Assembly (NCBI GenBank): GCA_002269645.1
Contig: NIVC01004424.1
Coordinates: forward strand, 1-46,531
DNA: 46,531 nucleotides
Source of the DNA: Macrostomum lignano
Lineage: Eukaryota
Reading direction: 5' to 3'
Position numbers and translations under genes: made by a program
Notes under the pieces: model-generated
Databases searched by the model: none
Seen by the model: the letters and a program-made list of their open reading frames with translations, nothing else
Told to the model about the DNA's origin: nothing
Part shown: in pieces, positions 23,662 to 32,877 of the stretch
Layout: each line of letters begins with the position of its first letter
How positions within the stretch are numbered: position 1 is the first letter of the stretch

Positions 23662-25855
23662 ATGTATTAGGACGCAAAGGGAAGGCCCCAAGCGCGCACG
23701 CGTTCGCAGAACAGCTAGGTGGGAGGGGCAGGCAGCAGCAGCCTAAGGGATCAGCTCAAGCGCCTGCAGGTCAGCGATGAGGCAGTCCTAAAGGCAGTGG
23801 CCCAGCAGCATCTGACGGCGACGGCGCAGGGTATCTCTCAGGGACTTCCAGCGCGGGCCATCAGAGCGTTGGTCGGCAGGCGCTCCGGGTCCAGGGCTGG
23901 CTTTCGCAACTCGGTCAACGGCACAGCCTCCATGCTGTACAGGAGGATCGGCTCGACGGCCGCGAGGAACAGGCGCACCTTCAGGTCGTCTCTGGCAGCT
24001 GAATTGAAGACGTTCCTGAGGAGGTGCGCGGCGCGCCATAGCCTGATTTCTTCTGTAGGAGACAATCGCATTGGGATTCATTACCAGGGCGCCGAGATAC
24101 CGCGGAAGTCCTCGCACACCTCGATGCGGTCTCCATTGGGCAGCTTAAGGGTTGGGACGGTATTCATGCCCACGTGCAGCGCCTCCGTCTTGTGAGCAAT
24201 TACCAGCAGCCCAACACGGGCGCCCTCGTCGCAGAGCCTTGTAAGAGCTCGCTGGGCAGCAGCTGGAACGCGGCAGAGCAGTGCGATACGCGAGAGAGGG
24301 AAGCGAAACAGCAGGGTGTCTGGAGCTTCGGCGTGGGCCCAGCAAGTAGCTGTCATCCTCGCGGAGGGACCGACGAAGCACGTAGTGCATAACCACGGGG
24401 AAGAGCAGAGTAGCCAGCGTGTCACCCTGAAGGACGCCTGGGCTGGTGCCGAATTCTTCTGTGGGGCCATCGCTCGACATGACAAAAGCCCTGGAGTCGT
24501 GGTAGAGGTCCCTCACCGCGCTCACCAGCGCAGCATGTACGCCATAATGAGATAGAAGCCACGCCTGGACACCGAGTCAAACGCCTTGCGATCTAAGCGC
24601 CATCTGAGCGCCTGGGACACGCCTCCTTTGCCGAAAAAGACAGGCGGCTTCACTTCATCTGCGTCTATGCTCCAACGGCTTCCCGGACCAGCGAAGATCC
24701 ATCCGTGACAGAAGCCCTTTACGACACTCTGGGCTGCATGCTTGATTCCATCCCTGCTCATGACGATCTATCATTGTTGCTGGTGACTTTAACTCGCTAT
24801 CCAGTTTTATCCAGGCCAGAGATCTGATGGCTGTCAATGGCACCATGCGACAGCGCTTCAGCAAGCTTCCAATTTTATTTGGCCCCAACGGGCGAACCAC
24901 TCGGCTGAACTGGATTTTCTGCCCAACTGCCCTGAGGGTGCGCAGAGTCCTCAACATCCGCCCCGACTGCGTTCAATCTGATCACCGCCTGATGGCCTGA
25001 TCTGCACTGGCAGAGACTCCCGCCTGCGCCACCTCACCCGCTCTGGGCCGACCTGAGAAACCCGGACACGCGGCAGGCCTTCCTACTGCTTACCACTACT
25101 CCTGCTCTAGCCCAGTCCTTCGAGTCTTTCCATCACGCCGTCGAGGATGCTGCAGCGCTTCTCCCACGGAGACAGGCAAACCCTCCAAAGGCCCTGTGGG
25201 ACCGCAATTGCATCATCTCCCAGGCAAGGCGGCATGTGCAGAGCACTGCTGCACTCCACGGCCGTGACAGCAACCAGGCCAGTGCTGCCAGGGACGAGCT
25301 GCAGTGCATCTACGCCCAGCGGACTGAAGCCTGCCTGCATCAAAGAAGCTGTGAGCGAAATCCAACTCGCCACTGACAACTGCCGCCATAGTGCTGCCTG
25401 GAGAGCCATCAACCAGCTGACTGGCAGGAAGCCCAGGCCTAACACCATCGTTGGCGCTGATTCCACCGAGAACCGCAAGGCCCTGCTGGCCACCCACTAC
25501 CGCGAGGTGCTCAACGCGCCCGCTCCAACTGCGCCTCTTCTGCCGATCCCAGCTCTACTTCGCTCCAGCTCAGCCAGGCCCTTCAACACCGGCCCCATCA
25601 CTGTAGGTGAAGTTGACCGAGCACTGAGGACCATGCGAGCTGATGCTGCCGCTGGGGTGGATGCCGTCCCTCCCAGGGTCCTGAAGCTGCCCGAGCTCAC
25701 TCCAATCTTCACCAACCTGCTGAACAAGCACTGCAGCCTTGGAGGCAACGAGGCCGCCTCCTGCCCAGCCTCAATCAGCTGCTGCTGAGCTTCCAAAGCG
25801 GCTTCTACCCGGACAGGTGGACAGATGAGCAATTCACAGTATTCCTTCATCCATG
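23662..25855. mobile_element. RTE-like LINE with 5' inversion: minus-strand RT 3' half (~23662-24591) plus inverted plus-strand APE/linker (~24592-25855)
   Basis: Minus strand: RKAFDSVSRR, GVLQGDTLATLLF, VEPILLYSME. Plus strand: SERL, FICVYAPT, IVAGDFNS, GPNGRTTRL, SDHRL, FNTGPITVGEV, QSGFYPDRWTDEQ. Many frameshifts. Confidence 0.85.
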
Positions 25856-26051
25856 ACCGTAGCTACGAGTATGTACATTTTTATTTTTAGTTTTTGTTTA
25901 ACACGCGAACTTCCATATAGTCTTTGATGTAAAGCCAGAATGCCAATGGGAAGCGAAACTTGTTAGTCTTAATTAACGAACCCAAAACTTGTGTTTAGAA
26001 TCAAGATCTTTCATTCCTCGACTTTGTCGTTTTTCGTTAAAAAGACCAATA

Positions 26052-26638
26052 ATGGTAAGCGCTTATTTGCTCCAGTGACTAAACTGTATTGATGCCTGTA
26101 TGTCTTCATTCATTGACGCAATCAGTTTCAATTTCAGGCTCAGCACAAGTTGCTGAAGAGATCAACAATATTTGCTCTCATCGTCATTCATCTATACTTG
26201 ATAATTACGCCATCAAACAAAGCCTTAGGCAGACGAAGAGATCAAGAAGAGTTGACCTACTGCAAAGGCAAAATGCGCTGGTGGGTCATAGTCAGACAGA
26301 GGGTGACACTGTTCGCTAGCAACTTCGGCGGCGCCAAAGCTTACGTGTATTTCAACAGGATTTTGCCTCCCAGTGGCTTACTACAATGGCACAGTTATGA
26401 AATGAGACGCCATGTTGCTCCAAATATGGGCGCAGATGTGGTGTTCCTGGATAAAAATCACTACATAGTGCCAGCTTATAGCTACTATCGACTGCGTCGA
26501 ATGGCCAGGCTTCGTAAAGGCTCATTCAACGAGATCAATGGTCACCTGCTGCTTGGTAGTCACGTTCACATGTACCACTACATGAGGTACGAATACACTA
26601 CCGTAGACGGTGGCAGCTGTGGCGACACATTCACTTAG
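26052..26638 (+). CDS. Secreted-family member B, ~167 aa; exons 26052-26054 (ATG) and 26138-26638
   Basis: ATG|GTAAGC donor and atttcag| acceptor, phase 0. Signal IFALIVIHLYLII, then CKGKMRWW and LGSH...MRYE...GGSC. AATAAA at 26810. Confidence 0.75.
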
Positions 26639-28012
26639 TTCTCTGGAGATTGAAGAGCTTAGACTAGCTTGTACTGTCTAAATTTCTTCTGGGAGTCTTT
26701 CTTGAGTGCGCTTTGAGTTATTCGCAAAAAATACATTTAGTATATGAAAATTCAAAACTTTCAATTTTATTAACTCATTTTTGAGTTTCGATTGTTAATT
26801 TTCATTTGAAATAAAACGGATCAGTTTGGAGACACTTCGATTTTGTAGCTACTAGTTGTGTCAGACTTTTGCTGATATTTGTAGAGATGCATTAAGTGTT
26901 ACATTTAGTACTTATAATCTTACAGTATTATAGAAAGAAGCTGTTTTCTTCCATAATCCTTTTAAAGATTTTAGTACATTAGGCCCCAATCTCTGCTAAG
27001 AAAAAATGCTATTGCTTTTGATAGGAGGCAGATCCAGTGTTCATCTTTTGATATGTTGTGCATTTCTTATTGCTCTATCGATATTCATAAAGCTTTTCGT
27101 TCAGAAATAGTTTTAAAGGCAGCTTTCAACGGAAAAATACACTACGGAGATAAGAAATTTCACGATTTTCAACACTAAAACAGAGATTGGGTCTCTTAAC
27201 AGTGTCAGAGAAAGTTCTAATCACACTATTTTGTGCCCCACATGCTGCTCTAACGACGCATTAATCGATTTTTCATGTTAAATTGGTCTGGTCATTATTT
27301 CAAATGTTTTTTAATTGATTTAGATTTAGAATTCCTTGGTTAACATGTTGCAGATTGTGCATTTTGTTCGAGAAAATCTTTTTTTTCTCACAAGGGAGTC
27401 AATTTTCTTACTGCCACATATTCTTACATGTACTGCTTCATTAAATTTGTGCAGGATCGAGGTCTGCGGTACCCTGACACAAAGCCTTCGGCGAATTCAT
27501 TCAACAATAGCACTGAAGAAATTTTTGCTCATTCCGCTGACTGCTGAGTAGACGATCACACGGTGTGTTCAGCGGCCCTGACCTTCTAATCGTCAGGAAT
27601 GTACACTATACTCTCTGTGGAGACTGGCCCTCATTGTTGTAAAATGCACGACAACCCCCAGGCGGATGTTGCCCTCCCCAGCATGAACACTTTAAATAAA
27701 TTATCTTCAGACACTCGTTAGATAAACAATGAAAAAGTAGCATATTTTTCGAGATTTTAAAATTAGAAACTTGCAAACTAGAATAAAGTACGGGTCTTTC
27801 GAAAAAATGCTGTGATGGTCAGAAGTTGTTGCAAGAAACTGAAATAATGTTATAGCAGTGAGAGCATTCAACTCAAACTATTTGTTTATGGCATTTCCCT
27901 ACAAGCAAGATGAAGCAATCGGTTGAAGTTATTTGCTTAGTTAGATCAAATCGGAAGTTTAAATATTAGGAGACTATTGTCGTCATAATTAATCTTAGTA
28001 GCTTTTAGAAAC

Positions 28013-28498
28013 ATGGCACTGCGATCAAGCAGTTTGCTGCGAGCATTGCTGCTGCTCAGTCAAACATTCAGTTTTGCTTGGCCCACTGACACCTCAGTCA
28101 GGCATTGCAGAACGAATTCGCACTGGTTGAGATTTAACCTCATCAGCCTGGAGCTTTGGCCCGATCCGGCATCAATCTCGGCGCCAAAGGCGAGCCTGAC
28201 CTATACAACATTATTCAAATGGAGCAGCCTTGACGACAAGACCTACCTGAAATTGGAACACCTCCCACTGCCAGATCCAGCCGAGATCAACGGAGTGTAC
28301 TATTTTAAGCTGAACCAACGACAATACAGATCGGTCAGAAGAAGTCTCGCCAACTTGACCGTCAGTTACAATTCGATGTCTGGGCAGGTGAATCGTTACC
28401 TGGAGTTCCCGATCGAAATCGGCAGTCAAAGATTTCAAAATTACTGGATTTCAATTATGTACTTTTCGGCATTTGGCGGTGTTTGTCCTCTCTGTTAA
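28013..28498 (+). CDS. Secreted-family member C, 161 aa
   Basis: Signal MALRSSSLLRALLLLSQTFSFA, then CRTNSHWL and C-terminal IGSQ...GGVCPLC with the same spacing as the other members. Confidence 0.75.
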   Translation: MALRSSSLLRALLLLSQTFSFAWPTDTSVRHCRTNSHWLRFNLISLELWPDPASISAPKASLTYTTLFKWSSLDDKTYLKLEHLPLPDPAEINGVYYFKLNQRQYRSVRRSLANLTVSYNSMSGQVNRYLEFPIEIGSQRFQNYWISIMYFSAFGGVCPLC

Positions 28499-28767
28499 TT
28501 TTTTTGGGTTAACGCGCTCCATCCCGAGTGCTACTTAAAGTATATGACTTCTTTGCTGCAATCTGTAAACATACAATCGTATAGTCAGATATATCAGATA
28601 TATGTTACAAGTCATTTCAACCCTCTGGGGGGCACCAAAAGAAATTCACAAAACGTTCATTAAATAAGCTGCCAAGTTCTGAAGAATTTCTAAATAACTT
28701 AATAGTAGATTAGCAATGTCCTCATAAAGTTTAGCCATTGTCTTATTTGTCTGAATGCTTGAAATAT

Positions 28768-28917
28768 TGTAGCGGGTCGCCATCACAAACCCGAAATATC
28801 ATAACTCCGAAAACCAAAATAGCGGTTTGCGTTGCTAACACTGCCGGAGTTATGATTTTTCGGGTTTATGATATTTGAGGTTTATGGTATTTCGGGTTTG
28901 TGATGGGCGTTGCTACA
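28768..28917. mobile_element. 150-bp hairpin MITE with TGT...ACA ends
   Basis: tgtagcgggtcgccatcacaaacccgaaata pairs with tatttcgggtttgtgatgggcgttgctaca. No clear TSD. Confidence 0.6.
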
Positions 28918-28997
28918 TGTAAATCGGTATTCGAAGTTGTGATTTTTCGGGTTTGTGATGCTCCCCATTGTTCTAGTTAAAAATCCATTTTCTGATG

Positions 28998-29573
28998 TCA
29001 TTTCTGTGGTCTATCGCTCGTGATGATGTGGTGCTTTGTGTCATGTTTAACTTTGGTGGCCGGAGGTAGCCGCCCTCCTTCGACGTACGTGAAGGTGCTG
29101 CGGTAACGATCGATGAGTGCGCGTACACGAGGATCGCAGTGGTCTGGATACGCCAGCGACACGGCGAGTTCATCGAGGTCCACTGCGGTAACCGGCAGAG
29201 ATGGCGTATGTAGTCTCGTTGTAGGGTCAACTAGTCGACGCCCCTTGCAGTCGACGATCAATTCGAAATGACTGAGGAAGTCGTACCCCAGGATAGGTTG
29301 CACGACGGATGCGACCAGGAACGTCCAGCGGAATTCACGACGGAGTCCTCGGATGTTGACGTCGAGCGAGATCTCTCCAGCGACCGGTATCGATGCACCG
29401 GTGGCGGTGGTCAGGCGAAATCCGGTCTCCTGAAGGTCCCGGTGGAATTGCTTCTGCGGAATTATCGACACTGCTGCGCCGGTATCGAGCAGGAACGGGT
29501 AGTACTTGCTGTCTATCTTGATATCCACCACCAGGAATTTCTTGCTCGCCGCCGGGGATGATGCACTGCTCAC
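28998..29573 (-). CDS. Gypsy aspartic protease and start of pol (truncated)
   Basis: FLLDTGAAVSII, ILGYDFLSHF, IVDCKGRRL and HHIIT. Confidence 0.85.
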   Translation of the reverse strand: MSSASSPAASKKFLVVDIKIDSKYYPFLLDTGAAVSIIPQKQFHRDLQETGFRLTTATGASIPVAGEISLDVNIRGLRREFRWTFLVASVVQPILGYDFLSHFELIVDCKGRRLVDPTTRLHTPSLPVTAVDLDELAVSLAYPDHCDPRVRALIDRYRSTFTYVEGGRLPPATKVKHDTKHHIITSDRPQK

Positions 29574-29596
29574 TGCGGCAGGTTGGGCAGTGCCCT

Positions 29597-30496
29597 CTAG
29601 TTTGACGGCTGACGTGTCGGAGAGGCTGACCTGGACTGTGCAGGTGTCTTTTCGTGAGTACTCAGAATTCGCGGCCGCCTACCACCCAAGGCGGACGGGA
29701 AACGACACCACGGTCGGCAGGTAAGCGCGCGTTCACCGTAGTAGATGTGGGCCCGGCAGACGACCGGACGCTGTCCTGGCTTGAACGGGGTGACGCTTGT
29801 CTGTGGCTGCAGTTGTCGGCGTGGCGGTTCGTCCCGTCTGGAGTTGATAGTCGGCGGTGGCGTCGGCTGTACAGCGCTGACTGAGCTCGCCGAGCTCTGG
29901 TAGCTGACCATGAAATCAGCGATTTCAGCGAGCTTATCTGGCGATTCCTGCTGGAAGCCTGATAGTGCGACTCGTAGCTCACTGGGCAGGCAGCGGATGA
30001 GAGTCGCCTTGAGCATGTCGGAGCAGGAGCCCATGCCGCACTGAGCCATCTTGGCGCTGAGCTTCTTGACGAAGATTGAGGGCTTGTCGCCACCTAGATC
30101 GGACGTGGCCAGGATCTCGTTGATCTTCTCCTGCTGACTCTTCTGCAGAAGGTTGGAGATGGCGGCTTTAAGCGGCTCGTACTGTCGAGGCGTTGATGTC
30201 GTGATCAGCATCGACGAGATATCCTCCGGCAGGTGCGCAACCAAGTAGTGGTACTTGGTCTCGTCCGAAGTTATGCGCGCTAGGTGGAATTGCGACTCTA
30301 GGGTCCGGAACCAAGCTTCCGAATTGTTCCGGTACAGCGGCGGAACCTTAACGGACACGGCGGACACGCTTGGCTCAAGTATCGGTGGTGTATGTTGAAC
30401 AGGTAGCTGCCCAGTGGGGTTGAGCACCGGGGCCTGGTTGTTGTCGGCGGCTGCTGCGGCCTGCTGCGATAGCTGCGGATCGCTTTCGTCGGCCAT
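29597..30496 (-). CDS. Gypsy gag
   Basis: VKVPPLYRNNSEAWFRTLESQF, LGGDKPS, LPSELRVAL and C-terminal CRAHIYYGERALTCRPWC, typical of Gypsy gag. Confidence 0.85.
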   Translation of the reverse strand: MADESDPQLSQQAAAAADNNQAPVLNPTGQLPVQHTPPILEPSVSAVSVKVPPLYRNNSEAWFRTLESQFHLARITSDETKYHYLVAHLPEDISSMLITTSTPRQYEPLKAAISNLLQKSQQEKINEILATSDLGGDKPSIFVKKLSAKMAQCGMGSCSDMLKATLIRCLPSELRVALSGFQQESPDKLAEIADFMVSYQSSASSVSAVQPTPPPTINSRRDEPPRRQLQPQTSVTPFKPGQRPVVCRAHIYYGERALTCRPWCRFPSALGGRRPRILSTHEKTPAQSRSASPTRQPSN

Positions 30497-30515
30497 GACG
30501 ACTCACCGGACCAGT

Positions 30516-30906
30516 TGTAGCGACTGTAAAATGAAAAAGGTAGAGCTAGGCGGTGGTTCGCCCTTGTTTGCTTCTTTGTTTGGCACTTGAGTTTCTCGAA
30601 TATCCAAAGAGGCTTGGAGCAGATGCTGGTTTAGCTACTGTATATTTATACTTAATTGACCTTCCGGAAATTTCTAGAATCATTTTAGTGCGGTAAAACA
30701 AACTGTATAGTAAGTATCGTACGTACGGTATTCATATTTTGTATGATGATGAATTACAGTAAATAAATATTTATTGAGTAGAAATATTTACTACGAGATT
30801 AGAAATAGCTAGATAAAGAATATTCTAGAATTTAACTGGTACTGTATTGCAGAAATTTCGGGAAGTAAACATCATACGGTATAGAACTTTCGCGAAGGTC
30901 ACTACA
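30516..30906 (-). repeat. Gypsy 5' LTR (391 bp)
   Basis: Ends tgtagcgac (30516) and gtcactaca (30906), adjacent to the PBS. Confidence 0.75.
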
Positions 30907-31092
30907 GTTACACAGTCAATAAGCAATATTAAGTGAATATCATTAATAACTTTAAACATTTAACTATACCTTTACCAGTTTTGTGATGCCGTATGCAGTT
31001 AAGCGCTGCGTTACCCTTAGGTTAGCAATAAAGGTTTAGTACAATAGCAGAATCTTCAACAGATAAACAAGACAACAGCACTATAACAAAAG

Positions 31093-31421
31093 TTCACCAA
31101 CACTTTAGTTCCCCAGCACTTTAGTTCCCCAGCACTTTAGTTCCCCAGCACTTTAGTTCCCCAGCACTTTAGTTCACCAGCACTTTAGTTCACCAGCACT
31201 TAGTTCCCCAGCACTTTAGTTCACCAGCACTTTAGTTCACCAGCACTTTAGTTCACCAGCACTTTAGTTCACCAGCACTTTAGTTCACCAGCACTTTAGT
31301 TCACCAGCACTTTAGTTCACCAGCACTTTAGTTCACCAGCACTTTAGTTCACCAGCGCTTTAGTTCTCCAGCACTTTAGTTCACCAGCACTTTAGTTCAC
31401 CAGCGCTTTAGTTTTCCAGCA
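31093..31421. repeat. 16-bp minisatellite accagcactttagttc, about 20 copies
   Basis: Direct tandem repetition. Confidence 0.95.
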
Positions 31422-31597
31422 CCGATAAACTGAACTGGCTTTGTTGAAATTAAGTTCGACATTTCCCTACTTTACTGGAAAACCCATACTTAACGTGTCA
31501 AAAGCAAGTAGTGCAAGGAGCAGTGCAAGTCCCAATGCAAATCCAGAGTGAAAAAAAAACACTTTTGCCAGCATTTCCACCGGTAGATATTCAACAT

Positions 31598-31837
31598 TTA
31601 TCCGCGCTTTTTGAGATATTGAGCAACACATGAGGATCTGACATGGAGTAGTTCGTATCCAGATTTTAGGAAAATCAATGTCTTTGAACCATGAGCTCTA
31701 TAGCATTGGACACTCAGATAAAAAGTATCTGGACTTTTTACCATTACGCCATATACTCGTAATGGAGCATTGGGGTGGCAAAGTGCCAAAATGACAAAGA
31801 AAAAGTCGAAAGCTACCGTCAATAAAATAGTTTTCAT
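31598..31837 (-). CDS. Possible 79-aa signal-peptide ORF of unknown function
   Basis: Hydrophobic N-terminus MKTILLTVAFDFFFVILALC, starting 32 nt after the stop of member D. No family motif. Confidence 0.25.
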   Translation of the reverse strand: MKTILLTVAFDFFFVILALCHPNAPLRVYGVMVKSPDTFYLSVQCYRAHGSKTLIFLKSGYELLHVRSSCVAQYLKKRG

Positions 31838-31869
31838 TCAAACAGTTAGTTATTTACCAGTTAGCGCAG

Positions 31870-32574
31870 TTATTTCAAGCAGATTGGACACAAGCCACCT
31901 TTTCTTGTATGGTATGTGTAGGACATATTCTTAATGCTTACAGTGTGATAACCAAGAAATATCTTCACTTTCATTCTGACCACTTGACCGGACCAATCAA
32001 TCAGCGAGATTCGCGCGTAACTGTCCGCCAGAACAAAGAAAATATTTTTCTTGCCGTTCATAAAAGTCCAACCATTGAAAGAGCGCTTTTGTTCCAGACG
32101 CATTCGCTGCTTGGTGTAGCGCACCAACGTCAGTGTGGAGTGCCTGTCGTCGTTCTGATTTGAAACTTCATAAAACTCCACGTAAGCTGCATCCGTATAG
32201 GAAATTTTGGATTTAACGTAGAGAACATGCGCAACGAGCATCCAGTATTCGGTACCATCCTCACAGATCTCGTGCCCCAGAACATAACTAGCCGGCAGCA
32301 AGATGGACTGAGATACAATGATTGCCACCAGTATACGGAGTATTGTGATCATGGGCGACGACATCTGAGTGGATTGGTAAAACAATGGGTGGCTTATTGC
32401 CTATGCGCGTGAAGCTTTGAGGTAATATCAGGCTATTTTAGTACATCGGCATGCGTTTATTGTCGAGTTTCAGGCTTATGGTAGACTATGGCATGTTGTT
32501 GAATCGTTAATACTTGTTAGACTTTGTTCTGAATTTCTATTATTCTGCAACAGACAGAAGAGAAAACTTACCAT
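31870..32574 (-). CDS. Secreted-family member D, ~165-177 aa; exons 32574-32572 (ATG) and 32364 (or 32400)-31870
   Basis: ATG|GTAAGT donor with two in-frame acceptors. Signal ITILRILVAIIVSQSILL, then CEDGTEYW and FLGYH...MSY...GGLCPIC. Confidence 0.75.
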
Positions 32575-32877
32575 CGCAAACAGCGGCACTGACCCTGGGT
32601 GTGTCTAAAAAGCCTAAGCATTGCTGATTCCTTAGCGTTGGTTTCTTTTAGAAGTTTACCCATAGAACATGTAACTTCAGCGCGTTTTTCCAATCTACTC
32701 TAATCTGCTACATGGCAGGTGATTCCTTTAAATTTCAATCAAAAGTCTAATTTAAATTATAATTGAAAATGAAACTATAATTTAACAAAAGGCGAAAACT
32801 TTATTTGGTAAATGAAGGAACAACTGAGGGAACGTAAAAGCAAGTTGAAATTCAATCCTTGCTAACAATACCAAGGA

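Larger units (their letters stand above)
28975..30906 (-). mobile_element. Truncated Ty3/Gypsy LTR retrotransposon (5' LTR, PBS, gag, protease; RT/IN/3' LTR missing)
   Basis: LTR 30906-30516 with TG...CA ends and inverted termini tgtag(t/c)gac. PBS-like TGGTCCGGTGAG 2 nt inside the LTR end. Gag and DTGA protease follow. Confidence 0.9.

Noticed and set aside
27320-27700. Minus-strand fragment ending RTKCTICNM, between genes B and C
   Set aside because: Multiple stops, no signal peptide and no GG motif. It cannot be distinguished from chance.
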